A DNA stretch of 64,000 nt from Neophaeotheca triangularis (GCA_054600435.1 BAAIJX010000023.1:62001-126000); one strand, 5' to 3'; shown: positions 22,801 through 35,400, numbered from the stretch's first letter. The notes: a model not told the origin generated them from the sequence alone. Made by a program: numbers and translations.

Positions 22801-23300
22801 GGCCCCATCCAGGGCGATCCCATCCAGGGTGATCCCAATCAGGGCGATCCCATCCAGGGCGATCCCAATCAGGACGACCATTTCCGTGGTCACCTCGCTT
22901 CTCGTAAGCCGACGGATCAGGTCTCTCAAAAGCCTCACTCGGGACTTGATAGACCTGCTGCGCCGCATCTTCGATGAGAACATGGATGCGAGTATCTGCA
23001 ACAAACCGTCAGCGACCGTCCAACTCTTCGGTTCTACTCAAACACCAGCATACCAGTCTCGTAAGTGACGCTCAGCCTGAGGTCCACAAGGTCGTCGCCG
23101 TAGGCATTACAAGCGGGGCCGGCCAAGGTGAGGTCAGCAGTCAAGCTGTTGCCAGTGTTCTGGACATTGGAGGCCTCGTAGCCGGGGCAAGAGTCGAGCG
23201 GGTTGCTGTTGGTGTCGTTTGCCTGACGGGGTAGGAGGGCGGAAGCGGAGCCCGCGGCCGCGAAGACGGCTCCCGATAGGAGCGGCTTGAGGTATACCAT
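19806..23300 (-). CDS. Secreted GH31 alpha-glucosidase with internal CBM20-like module, ~1050 aa. Exons 23300-23054, 22995-22545, 22490-21965, 21911-21659, 21601-20940, 20883-20607, 20542-19806
   Basis: Signal peptide, 'SCPGY', 'LYGLGEHTD', '[13 protein letters not shown]', 'WTDIDYM', nucleophile motif WIDMN|E, acid/base WGGDN, 'GSDVCGF', 'FYRNHN'. Six GT-AG introns; the joined CDS is 3153 nt and in frame. Confidence 0.93.
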
Positions 23301-23391
23301 TACTGTACTACAAGCACTCAAGCGGGAAGAAGGAATGGACGAATAGAGATGAAGGGGATAGACGGCTGCGATGGTCGCGGGAAGGTCGCCC

Positions 23392-23397
23392 TTTATA
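23392..23397 (-). promoter_or_regulatory. Putative TATA box of the GH31 gene
   Basis: TATAAA on the minus strand ~92 nt upstream of the ATG at 23300. Confidence 0.5.
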
Positions 23398-23740
23398 CGT
23401 GGACGACATGTGATTTCAACAATGTCTTGTGTGCGCACACCCACCTACCCACCTACTTACCTACCTACCTCTCATCATCACCTCCCCTCCCGTGTCTTTC
23501 GTACTGTGCCTGTTGATCACGGGCCCTAGTTACCTATGTCCCCTCTGCAGATTGGCGGGACAAGTCTCTGCAAGGGAAGTGTGGGGTTGGGCCAGTACAA
23601 GCAGTAGGAAGTACTACATGTAGTAGTGTGCACCTGGGCAGAGCTGCGCGTGTGACATTGATATTATTGGCAAAAGGGATGTACCCGACATACTCCGCAC
23701 GTTGGTCTTCTACCTTGGCCTTGAAGAGGGGTCTGGAGGA

Positions 23741-23820
23741 GTGGTGGTGGTGGAGGAGAGTAGTAGTAGTAATTATAATAATAGTAGTAGTGGTAGTGGT
23801 AGTGGTAGTAGTAGTACTAG
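23741..23820. repeat. Compound trinucleotide low-complexity tract (GTG/GTA/ATA)n
   Basis: gtggtggtggtgg...tagtagtagt aattataata atagtagtagtggtagtggtagtggtagtagtagtactag. Confidence 0.8.
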
Positions 23821-23886
23821 TCTTGCTGCGAGTGTGTAGTCTACTACTGCAGACACCATCTGCAGCGGCAAAGTGAAGGCAAAGTG

Positions 23887-23937
23887 AAGACGGGTAACAA
23901 GACGGGCAACAAGACGGGCAAGACGGGCAAGACGGGA
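23887..23937. repeat. Short tandem repeat AAGACGGG x5 (12,12,9,9-nt periods)
   Basis: CGG cores at 23891, 23903, 23915, 23924, 23933. Confidence 0.85.
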
Positions 23938-24493
23938 TGAGGTTGAGGTCTGCATTTCGGCTCGCAACTCTTCGTCGCCCGAAAAGCGTCGTCCCCACAT
24001 TCAGATGGACCGAACAAGGCCAGAGCTGGCAGACACAGTCGTTCATGTGCCTCGCCGCGGTCCGCGAACGCTTGTTTGCTCGTCATGACACTAGTAGTAC
24101 TTAGTACTATACGTGTACTGCCACTGCCAACCGCTTGTTTGGAGAGCTGCAGAAAGCTACAGACGCTCATCTGCACTTCAGAGACTGTGCAGACCTGCAG
24201 AATTGCGGCATTGCTCGCGCTTGCGCAAGAAAGTTACCCAACCTGCTCGTCGTCTACTGACGTTGACACTATTGTTGACGTTGACGAGTATGAGAGCCAA
24301 GGTGCTAAATAGTTGAAGGGCTGGCCGTTTTCCGTTGAGTAGAGTACACTGGTATCCATCGCTCACTGCAATGCACATGCATGCCTTTGGCCGCACCGCG
24401 AGCCTCCCCTGTCATCAACACGCCGTGCCCAACGCCGAGCATCTTCTGCTTGCCCTGAATCCTAAACGCCAGCGCCCGAGATGCGCTCAGACT

Positions 24494-26993
24494 CTACCGC
24501 TGCGAATCCTTACCCTTGGTCCTCTCGAGTACTGCCTCAGGCGCCGTCTCCTTGTTGCCTCTCACCCGCTCCCCTTCACCTACTGCTTCACGCTCTCCCG
24601 CGGCCTCCTCTTCCTCATGGATCTCCTCAAGCCTCACCCTCAGTCTCTCCTCTTCACTGACCTCGCCACCCATGTCGTCGATCCTCCTTTCTTCCTGGCT
24701 ACCAATGCTTCCGCCTTGCATCTGCCACTCCATCAACTTGGCAAAAGCACCCTCCTTATCCTGGCTCAATTCCTTGTACGTTCCGACCTGAGCCACCTTA
24801 CCATCTCCTCCTATGCAGATGATGCGGTCGCTGCGCTGAATGGTGGAGAGGCGATGCGCGATGGATATAGTAGTGTTGTTACCTTGTAGCAGCGAGTGAA
24901 GTGCTTGATTCACCAGCGTCTCGCTTTCGGCATCGAGAGCCGACGTAGCTTCGTCTAGGATGAGTATGTCTGGGTTCTTTAGTAAAGCTCGGGCAATTGC
25001 GATGCGCTGCTTCTGTCCTCCGGAGAGTTGGGTACCGCGTGCTCCAACGAAGGTCTCGAGTCCTTCGGGCTGTGGCAAAAGTCAGTATCCTGTGCGGCTT
25101 GTCCGTCTTACTTAGGATTGTACTCACGAAGTCAGAGATGAACTGGCAGTTCGCCTCCCTCGCTGCCTTTACAATTTCGCTACGAGTGGCCAACGGCCGG
25201 CCATACGCAATGTTCTCTGCTATAGTGCCACTGAACAGCACTGGCTCTTGACCCACGTACCCTATCTTGCGTCTTAGCTGCTTGGCGTTCATACTTGCAA
25301 TGTCTCTCCCGTCGATCTTGATAGTCCCCTCACTTGGAATGTAAAAGCGCAACAACAGACTTGCGACAGTACTCTTGCCGGCGCCCGAAGGTGCGACAAT
25401 GGCGACATTACTACCTTGAGGGATCAAGAAACTCAGGTCCTCGAAGATCTTGACGGCCGGTCTCGTAGGGTATGAGAAGCCAACGCCGCTAAACTCAATA
25501 GTACCGCGTGCGCTTTTGACCATGTTGCCTTTGGTAGGACTAATGGTTGGGTGCCGATCCTGGAGTTCGAACAGTCTGCTCGCTGCGCCGACACCTTTCA
25601 TGAGTTCACTGTAGAAGCCCGACAAGCCGAAAAGGCTGCTACCGGCGTAAGCGGTGTACATTAGAAAGCTGGTCAGGTCGCCGATCGAGATTGCTCCAGT
25701 CTTAACCATGCCACTTCCCACGTAGAGCAGAGCGATGAAGGTCATGTTGCCCATGAATCCGGAGGCAGAGAAAAAGGTAGCACTAATAAACGCCTCCTTC
25801 CGCCCCAGACTGAAGATGTCCCGCACTTGGTTGTTGTATCGGTGCACTTCCTGCAACTCTCCAGCAAAGGCTTGACTTGTCCGGACGTTGCCCAAACGCT
25901 CCTCGGCAATCTTCGTCAGAGTACCGAGGTTGCGTTGAATCTTCCTGCTGAGGTTACGAATGGTACGCCCGTAGAAAAAGGCGCCGACAGCCACTGGCGG
26001 GAAGAAGAGAAACAGGATTCCGGTCAGCTTCACGGACATGTATGCCATGAGTGACAGCCCAGCTGTAGCCGAAACAAACGAGCGCAAGCCATCGGAAACA
26101 TTCTGCGTTATGCTTTTGCCAACGATGATAGTGTCCGAGCCAAGACGGCTGATCAGGTCGCCAACTCGGTTGGCGTCGAAAAACTCTGCATTCTGGATGA
26201 AGGTACGTCGGAAGAGTTGAGAGCGCAGCTTAGTGACGATACGCTCTCCAACGATTCGAAGGATAACAATGCGTCCGTAGTTGGCTGTTGCTCCAGTTGC
26301 AAGCAACAACACAAGTCCACCGTAGAATGTTTGCTGCGGAAGCCCAAAGAGCAAATTTCCTTCTTCGCCGGTCTTGGTCGCTACATCCAGGATCTTGCCA
26401 ATAGACATTGGAATGCTCATGGTGATTCCACTGCTGATCAGCAGAAAAAGGAAAGCCCAGCTGAGAGTCTTCAGCTCAGGTCTTGCGATGCGTAACAGTC
26501 GGATAATCTCTGCCCAGCCTCCAGCACCTTTGCCGCCATCTGCACTATCCTTGCTCAACTTTGCACTTAGGTCGAGCTTGCCTGCTTGATTCGCTTTGTC
26601 TGATCTCTTGAAATCCTGTGGCTCGCCGTCTTCGTCGCGCTCGGTAGGATCTGATGGGCCCTTATTGACCTCATCCCGGTAGCTTTTCGAGTTGGTGTTT
26701 GAAGTCTGAGCTTCCTGTTGCTTGCGTGATATCTGGAGAGCCCGTTGTTGGCCGAAGGCGGGAGCTGTCTGGCTTCTGATAAGGGAGTTTGACTTGCGGA
26801 GGGACTCTGGCTTTCTCGCTGTACTCAAGCAACGCGAAGACGTCGCAGAACTCAGAGCAGAGAGAGAAAGGCTCCCGGACGAACGATTAAGGCCTGATTG
26901 GAGCGATCCTGCTGTGCGTATTCTCGTTGTGAAAAGCGCGCCGTTGCCTAGGCTATCCCAAGCTCTCCGTGCCACCATCTCCGAGGCGCGCAT
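24494..26993 (-). CDS. MDL1: Mitochondrial half-size ABC transporter (Mdl1/ABCB10-like), ~813 aa. Exons 26993-25128, 25069-24494
   Basis: Arg/Ser-rich presequence-like N-terminus, ABC TM domain ([17 protein letters not shown]), Walker [11 protein letters not shown]-loop GQEPVLF, signature LSGGQKQR, Walker [20 protein letters not shown]. Start could be 26993 or 26978. Confidence 0.92.
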
Positions 26994-27507
26994 CTTGAGC
27001 AACACGCAAGTATGAGTGGATAAATGTAAAATTGCAAGAAGCTATGCTCCCGTTACTCGTGGTCTTGCTATCGCTGGTAGAGCTAAGATGCGGATCTTCC
27101 AGCACCAGCCAAAGGCATTGTCGTCAAGCGAGCGAGCAGTTTCAGGGATCAATGGGTGTCCTGGAGCTTGACGAAGGACCTGGATACGGAGAGGGTATCA
27201 GGCGAAGCTTGCAGGCGTTGTCGCCCTCGATGTTGGCGTGTTGGAAGGTCGTGAAGCAAGCAGAGAAAGAAACATTGGATGGCGCGGTCAAGTCAAATCA
27301 ACTGAGCTCACCTCAACCTCGACCTCACTTCTAGAAGCCCGAGCTCGGAGATGATGCGGATACCTGTCTCGGCCCGGCTTTGCTTTACCTCCTGCGTTAT
27401 CGATAAGGAAGTATCAAGCGCCTGAAGAGACATGCATTTCTTTTCCAGGGCACTGAAATATCTCGAAGACCGTTCCAGGGTTCGAGTCGATTGTTACTAC
27501 AATCGAT

Positions 27508-28659
27508 ATGTCAGACCACCATGCAAGAGTAAGGGGATTGTTTTCTGTTCACCATCACCTGCACATTGCTAACGTGGCCGCAGAAGCGCAAGCGCAACGA
27601 GCGAGGACCCATTTCAGTAGATACGTCGAAGCCAACGGCTGTCTTCAAGCCAACAAGAGGACGTTCCCACACCTTGAGCGTCGCATTGCCCGGCAGTATC
27701 ATTTCCAAGTAAGTCTGTTTTCTTCAGAGCTTGAACGACCACCCATTACTGACATCTTTTCCAGCTGCAACACCCCAGAACAGAAAAACGCTCTCGCCGG
27801 GCAAATCGCTCGTGCCTGCGCCGTCTTTTGTGTGGATGAAATCATCATCTTTGATGATGGCCAGGTCAACAAGCGACCCCCAGAGGCAAACGGCTATACT
27901 GCCTTCACGGACCCGGACTTCTTCTTACACCACATTCTCAGCTACCTTGAGACACCGCCGCACCTTCGAAAGTCTTTATTCCCTATGCATCCTGATCTGC
28001 GAACTGCCGGAGCTCTTCCGAGTCTGGACATGCCTCACCACCTACGCAGCGAGGAATGGTGTGCTTATCGCGAAGGCGTAACTATCGGACCCGGACCCGG
28101 AGACTACCCATCATCGTACGTGGAGATTGGGTTGAGTCAGCCTATTCTGGTGGACGTCGGGTTGCCAGAAAACACTCGTGTCACTGTAAAGCTGCCGGAG
28201 AAGCCTGTGAAGCCTGCAGACATCGCCGGCAAAGCTGTGTCACCGGACGAACCTCGAGAGAAAGCAGGCTATTACTGGGGCTATAGTGTGCGGCAAGCAA
28301 CGTCTCTGAGCGCGATCTTTACCGAGTGTCCTTATGACGGTGGCTACGATGTCAGTATCGGGACTAGTGAGCGCGGCGTTGCGCTTACGTCTCTGTCGCA
28401 AACTCATGATAGTGCTTATGTGGAGCCGAAGTGGCAGCATCTCCTGTTGGTCTTTGGTGGTGTCGCTGGTCTAGAAGCTGCTCTGGCCGCTGACACTGAG
28501 CTGCAAAATGCGGGTGTTCAGGAAGTGAAGGAGATGTTTGACCGCTGGGTGAACCTTGTACCAGCTCAAGGAAGCCGTACCATCAGAACAGAAGAAGCGG
28601 TGTGGCTGGGTTTGATGGGTACAAGATCGTTGGTAGAAAGCAGGGGCGAACAGGGTTGA
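27508..28659 (+). CDS. SPOUT-family RNA methyltransferase (SPOUT1/C9orf114-like). Exons 27508-27528, 27584-27708, 27765-28659
   Basis: 'TLSVALPGSII', 'GQIARA', 'YLETPPHLRK', 'YREG', 'GYYWGY', 'IGTSERG', 'QGSRTIRTEEA'. Two canonical introns. Confidence 0.9.
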   Translation: MSDHHARVRGLFSVHHHLHIANVAAEAQAQRARTHFSRYVEANGCLQANKRTFPHLERRIARQYHFQVSLFSSELERPPITDIFSSCNTPEQKNALAGQIARACAVFCVDEIIIFDDGQVNKRPPEANGYTAFTDPDFFLHHILSYLETPPHLRKSLFPMHPDLRTAGALPSLDMPHHLRSEEWCAYREGVTIGPGPGDYPSSYVEIGLSQPILVDVGLPENTRVTVKLPEKPVKPADIAGKAVSPDEPREKAGYYWGYSVRQATSLSAIFTECPYDGGYDVSIGTSERGVALTSLSQTHDSAYVEPKWQHLLLVFGGVAGLEAALAADTELQNAGVQEVKEMFDRWVNLVPAQGSRTIRTEEAVWLGLMGTRSLVESRGEQG

Positions 28660-30760
28660 TGAAGCGCAGCAAGATAACCGGACCCCTCCGCTAGGATGCG
28701 AGGAAGCATCACATGGTCGCCGTTCGAGAACCGATACCGCGTCGAGGACGACGTACGTCTTGGGTACTTCGAAATCAATGCCGGAATACCTGTTAGGTCT
28801 GGGCCGTGGCAACACCCACTGAGGGAGACTGTTGGAAGTGGGCCTCTCACATTTTAGCAACAACCAGCCTCGAATATGTACGAAATTACGTCCCGGTACC
28901 TTTCTCCTCTTTACCGCCTTTCAGCTCGAACAATAATTCTGGTCCAAATTCCGGATAGTCGGAGAGCTGAGCCGACAAGTGCCAGGTACGTTTTGCTAAT
29001 TGGCACCACCTTCGGCTTTTGGAGCAGCTTTGCTGGGCACTGGTTCGCGGAACATTTCTCAAAAAGCTCCCCGGTTCCCATGGACACAGCGTCGACTGCC
29101 GCGCCCGTTTTGGAAGGGCTGGGACAAGCTTTTGTCGACTTTTGGCTATCGAACTCCTCGAAAACATTGGTTCGGTAAAACGACCAGGGACGGAATAGGC
29201 AAACCCGGAGCTCACGTGACTAGCATGTACTCAGCTACGTAATAAAACTTCAGGTATTAAGAAAACGACCAAACTAACGACTGCTGGCGAAAAAGGCAAA
29301 GATGCGGTCTCTTGATTTTAAAGGGCATACTTTTCAATCCATCGCTCTTCAACCTTTTGGTAAGTTCCTATACTCCGGGCTGGATCTGCTGCTACAGGCG
29401 ACTGGATGCTGGGACATGTGGCTGGCCGCAGTCAGCTCCATCATTCATGCAGGTAGGCGTTCCGCCCCCCTTTCTATCCAGACGTGCCGGCGGGATTGAT
29501 GGTAGTCATCAGATGAATAATCCACCCTGCGGCTACACTTCTGCAGCGCTACGCCATCGAAAATTCCTCGAGAGCACCGTGATCGTGCTCGAACAATGGC
29601 AGTACTACAGGGGTGAAACCCTTGTTCAGGGCTACTCAGCTTTCTATTTGACATAGCCACCAAGGATTTTAGTTGTGACGATGCCTCAGGGCAAATCAAT
29701 CATCACTGCTTCGGATACACTTACGATCGCTGCGGTCTGCGCCTGAGCAATGAGCGCGACTTTAAGCCGCAGTTGCCAGCTGAACCTTCACGGGCACTAT
29801 TATCGCATATGGAGCAGTCTGAAGCTTTCCACTGAAGAGCCAAAACAAGTTTGACAGATATCAGGGACCTGTTACAGCATAGAGCATGTCCCGAGGGAGC
29901 AGCAGGGCCGCCCTCCGATGGCACCGAGCTGCTGCACGCGAACCATGTGCACGATTTGAGTTGCGTGAAAGCTTTGCAAGCTCAGATGGAGGTGTTGTAT
30001 TCGTCCCACCGATCGCAAGCTACATGCCAGAGTCAACATGGTTTATCGTTGCAAAGTCAGCAAATGCCACGGTGATCTTCTTGATGACTGTCAGACGAGG
30101 TACCTGTATACCGTAGATCAGAGCTCCCGCCATGTCAGCACCGAAGACAGCTTTGGCGAACAGGTGGGAACTTTGTCGATCGAGACCGCTTCCCAGCTCG
30201 ACCGCTAGATCGCTTTCATTGACGTACCCAATACTCTCCGGACCAAAGTGTCTAGAGAGGCCAGTGGTGCTGACGCCGCCCTATAAAAGGTAACAGTGCT
30301 ACCTGGCCGGAGGATTCACGACCTTGCATAAATGGCAGCGGTACATGCCACTCCTTCCAGACCGTGCATGAAGACAATACCACTTTAGCCCATCTGCCAA
30401 CGCTGCGACTATGCTGTATGTGGTCCCGCTGTGCGTAAATAGGTACGTTTGCGTAATGTCTTGCTTGGAGGAGCTTATTGGCTCTCCTGATGGGATGACT
30501 ACTTAGCTTGCTCCAAGCTCTCACTTCGAGTTCCATATGTTGTCTATCTCTGCTTCCCAAGTGCCAAACCACAGAATTACAAGTGACAGAACTAGCAGCT
30601 TCGAAGCCCAGTAGTAACTATTTGCTAGCCCATTGGCCATTGACCCATCTTTGGTGGGCATAAGACTGTCTCAATGAATTTCGAGTCTTGCGAGCCTTGC
30701 GAGCCGCAACCATACCAGTACTTCGGGTGTCCGAGACATGCTGCACTCCTAAGCCCCGAG

Positions 30761-31798
30761 ATGGTTATCGACGACGTGAGGATCTATCAGGTACGTCCAG
30801 AGGAGAGAAAGTAGGACAGACGTCCATAGAAAGTCAAACAAGAACCATCACGCCATCAGCGGAAAAGTGCAAACTGCTCACAAACCGCCGACAGAGTCTC
30901 GAAGAGTCAATCAATCCAACATTTCCCTTCAACGAGCCGTTCGGACCCCTATCCCTCGGTCTGGATGCCGGTCTCACCAACTCGACCTCGACCCAAACGC
31001 ACCACCTCTCCCTCATCTCCAACTTTCCAACCGCGCGCAGCCTTACAGACCTCGATCACTCCCTCCCTTCTCACCAAACCGTCGAGACAGTAGCGAATAC
31101 AAATCCCAATGCCCGCTCACGCCCGCTCAATCTCGCCGTAAAGCCCAAAACCGCGCAGCGTAAGCCCTCGAAACTGCTTTATTGCCGTCTAAAACTAACC
31201 CCGTACTCGACGCAGCCAACGCGCCTTCCGCGAACGCAAAGAACGGCACGTACGAGACTTAGAATCCAAGCTCCACAGCCTGACATCCACGACCACCAGC
31301 CTTCAAGCCGAGAACGCGCAGTTGAGGCGACTACTCCACAAAGCCGCGACAAAGAACGAGATGCTTCGAGCCGGCCCAGGCGAAGAAGCTGCAACCACGA
31401 AAACCCCATCTGGCAGGGCCGACAGCCCCAAACTCCCCAGCACCCTCACTCCCGCGCCCAGTCTCGACGAGCGAACACCGCCCTTGGACACCTCACTGCC
31501 GACCTCGGCTCCCTTCCCCAAAGCTCCCGTCCTCGCCTCTCCTATCTCTTCGCCCGACACGCCTACGGTAGCCAAACCCCCTCCAGCCTCGCTCGAGACA
31601 CCGCACACGCTCTCCGCGCCGCAGACCTGGGAACTTCTGCAATCCCACCCGCGGTTCCTGGCGGGAGAAGTTGATTTGCGTGAAGTGTGCAAGTCGCTAG
31701 CGGAGAGAGGGAGAGTTGTTGAGGGGAGGGGGATGGTGTGGGAGGAGGGGGAGGTCAGGGGAGTGGTTGAGGGTGTTGCTCGCGGCGATGGGGCGTGA
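30761..31798 (+). CDS. bZIP transcription factor, Yap/Fcr3-like. 5' end uncertain; exons ~30761-30790, ~30897-31159, 31216-31798
   Basis: Basic region RRKAQNRAA|QRAFRERKE split by an intron, leucine zipper, C-terminal 'TWELLQSHP..GEVDL..VC..L' domain. Confidence 0.8.
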
Positions 31799-32490
31799 AG
31801 GCGGGGTGAGGTGGGGGGGAACTTGGAATGAGAGTGCGTTGATGGGATGGCGGCCTCCGCATGACAGCTTAGCGCGGAACGCGTTCTAAGGTTTAGTGTC
31901 GTACGTGCTTGTAGTCCCCGGGCTTACCTTATACTACCTACTGTTTGTAGCGTCTAGATAAAGTTACCGCCGGGAATAGGATACTTTAAGTAGTCAAGTA
32001 CATGGATACTATCATGTCATATTATTGTATAGGACACGTGAGCAAGCTATAGTAGTACCTTCAGTTAACTACTAGGTAAGGTCCACGGGTATTATTGAAC
32101 GCCACAGTTGACGGTGTGGCGCTGCCAAGGTCGGGTGTTTGAAAACAGGCCGACTCGAGAGGAGTAGTAGATTACAGTAGGAGGTAGTAGAGTAGGTTCC
32201 AGTGGTAGTAGTACATAATCGAAGTCAGTCAAGGTACACTTTCCACTTCTCCGACTTGTACTCTCTAGGTAATTTATAGGAGAGGAGGTAGAAGAAACGT
32301 TTCTTCACATGCTTCCAATTCACACGCTAACTGACCATCGAGCTACAGTACCTCAGTACCTAGTACCTCCTACTAGTAAGGTATAATAATCTGGCCGAGC
32401 CGACAAACGCACGCTAGACGCCGAGCTCTCGAGCCAACAACACCCGACTCTCACAGCAAACTTGGGCTTGCCCAGCTGTAAAACGTCAGC

Positions 32491-35400
32491 ATGGCAGCCG
32501 CCAGTGCCTCAAACACTACAAACGGCAACGCCACCACTCCCAACAAGGGGAAAATGGGTAACAAGAAGATGGAGAACGGCAATCCTCAATCGGGTAGCAG
32601 CAGCAGCAGCAGCAGCACATCACGCTCTTCCAGGGGCAGGAGAAGAGGAGGAGGAGGAGCCAAAGGCCAAAAAGCGGGCAGAGGCTGGACTGCTTGGTTC
32701 ACTGACAAGGTGCTCAAGGTGCTGGTATGGTACTCTATCATCACCCTCGCCTTCCGGTGTCCGACAGACCTCAAAGACATCACAGACGAGACTCCACGCA
32801 TCTGCAAACCTTCTCTGCAGCTGAAGTCCTTGGCCTATCCCCATCTCGAGCCCTATTACGATCAGTATGCCGCGCCATACGTGCAAAAAGCACAGCCGTA
32901 TGTCGACCAAGTCAACGAAAAGGCGTACAAACCGGGTCTTGCTGCCTACCGGCAGTATGGAGCTCCTCGCGTGGCCGATGCACAGAAGTTCGGCGCCACG
33001 CAGTGGGAGAAGACTGTACGGCCCCAACTAGAAGTGGCACGGAAAGAAGCTGGAAAGCAGTATGACACATACCTATCGCCGCACGTCAAAAAGGTGCAAG
33101 TCAAGGTTCAGCCGTACTACGACTCTGTCACGACATCGGCGAGCGATATCTGGGAGCTGGAGATTCAGCCTATTTACCGCAAAACATCTCCCTACGCCCA
33201 ACACCTGTACACTCAGGGCCGGCATTTTGCTGTCACGACTGTCTTGCCGCAAGCTCAAAAGGGCGCCGACGTCGCGTGGACCTTTGTCTTGAGGCAGATC
33301 TGGCCAAAGCTGCGCATCCTCTACGGTGAGACTGTGGAACCCCAGCTCATGCGTATCACCGAGAGACTGGGCAGGTACAAGGATGAGCGGAAGTTGCAAG
33401 CTGAGATCAAGAGCATGGAGAGTTCTTCTCGGGCTGACGAGAAGTCTTCGAGTTCCGCGTCCTTCTCTTCTTCCACATCCTCAATCATCTCGAAGGTCAA
33501 GGAAGACCCTTCGTCCGCGGCGAGCAGTGCTGTATACAGCTCTTGCACTTCTGAGCCTGAATTCAACCCTGCCGATAAGTTCAAGGAGGAACTGAAAAGC
33601 TGGGAAGCAATCAGCCAGACTGCGGCTGACGAAGGTGCTGCCGACCTTCAGGAAAGGGTTGGCGAGATAACGTCACAGCAGAAGGATAAGCAAGCGGATG
33701 GTGTTGGCAATGCTTTGGTGATCCAGCTGGAAGAAACTGTACAGGGTGCATTCAACAGCGTCAAAGCACGCATCCAGTCCGTTGTAGCCGACCTGCCTGA
33801 AGATGCGGACGACGAGGCTCAAGAACAGGCCTACGACAGCCTAGCTCAAGGTATTCGTGCTGCCGGCCAAACAGTCAAGCATCGCGCTCAAGCCATTCGA
33901 GACTGGCACGCAACCTACACTGAAGAGACTCAGGACCTTGTCGACAAGGCCGTGAAATCAACCATCGAAACCGTTGACGGCATTCGCGAACTCCGTCTCT
34001 ATGACATTGGGCGCAAGTATTCTTCCAAGAAGCTCTCTCATAAGGACTGGAGTCAATACAACGACCTCAAGAAGTCGTCCGGCGACTGGCACAAGCAGGT
34101 GGAGAAAGCCGCAAATTCCCACACTGGTCTCAGTCAGGCCAAACAAGCCGGCGACGATGTCGAGGCCAGGGGCATGGGCATTGCGGAGGAGGCTGCAAAG
34201 GAGCTCGCCAGGCTGAAGACTGTTGCGCACACCAAGCTTAAAGCTAGAGACGCAAGTGATGATTTCAGTTCGCACTTCATGGCTGGTGCGGCCGAGAAAT
34301 TGAGGAAGCAGGCGCGCGATGCCATGGGTCAGGCTTCAGAGGCTGTTGTTGGGGGCTCTTCGACGTCCACGCAGGGATCTGTCGAGTCTGTGACTTCTGC
34401 GGCTTCGGAGAAGTTGGCCGAGGCTACGGAGGGCGTCAAGGCCTCTGCTAGTTCGGTCAATTCTGTGGTTTCTGAGAGCGCCGAAAGCGCATCTTCCGAG
34501 TCGGCTCACCCACTCTCGAAATCTGCGGAAAGCGCTGCTTCAAAGGCGTCTTCCAACGTCGCTGGCTCTGACAACGCCGCCGAGAGCGTTGCTTCCCAAG
34601 CATCTTCTAGTGCTGCCAGTTCGGCTAGCTCGGTCAGCTCCGTGGTTTCTGAGAGCCTGTCGAGCGCATCCTCTTCTACCGCCACTCCATTGTCAAAATC
34701 CGCCGAGAGCGCTGCTTCAGAGGCATCCTCGAGCACCGCCAGCTCCAAAATTGCCGCCGAGAGCGTTGCGTCCCAAGCATCCGACAGCATCGCCAGTTCC
34801 GCCAGTGACATGGGAAACAGCGCCTCGTCCGCCAAAACGAGGGTCGCCGACCCTCCTGTGAGTGAGAGTCTTGGACCCAAAGCCGCAAGCATCCTCGCTG
34901 CCGCCAAGTCGAAGAAAGACGCAGCTACTAGCTCCGCGAAAAGCGCCGCCGAGCCAGAACAGTCAGACGAGCCAGTCACGAAGAAGGTTTTTGGCGGAGC
35001 GATGGCGCAGGCTGTTCCCAGCTCTTCCGGGCCGATTCTTGACGAAGACATTGTCGACACGGACGCCCACATCAGCGAGAGCGTTCAGTCGATGGTCGAT
35101 GATGCTAGAGAGGGGGCAGCTCACCTCACCCAAGCTGTCGCTGACGCTGTCGAAGGTGGGCAGTCGATTGCAAGTGAGCAATATCAAAGTGGTATGAGTG
35201 CTGCGAGTAGCGTTCTCTACGGAACCGAGAAGGGTGCGATGGAATCTGGGACTAGCATGGCGGCTGAGCAATACCAAAGCGCTGTTGAAGCGTGAGTACG
35301 ACTGGAGATCGTTGTAAATAGTGAATCGCTAACATCTCGTAGCGCCTCCGACGCAATCTATGGCAGCCCTACCCCTGTCGTCTCATCTCTGAGCTCCCAG

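Noticed and set aside
22745..23937. Short repeats as a CRISPR-like array
   Set aside because: Eukaryotic context, no unique spacers; these are coding or simple tandem repeats.
27475..27495. GGTTCGAGTC tRNA T-loop-like motif
   Set aside because: No cloverleaf or A box; other GGTTCGA hits (18514, 39460) also lack structure.
28696..29178. Possible spliced ORF (28696-28752 joined to 28858-29178)
   Set aside because: The ATG is only ~37 nt after the SPOUT stop and the product has no recognisable features; probably chance.
31860..32400. TA-rich TAGTAG/TACCT intergenic tract as a RIP-degraded element
   Set aside because: Similar motifs occur in several promoters here (e.g. 41500-41590, 61310-61345); no repeat partner or element structure is visible.
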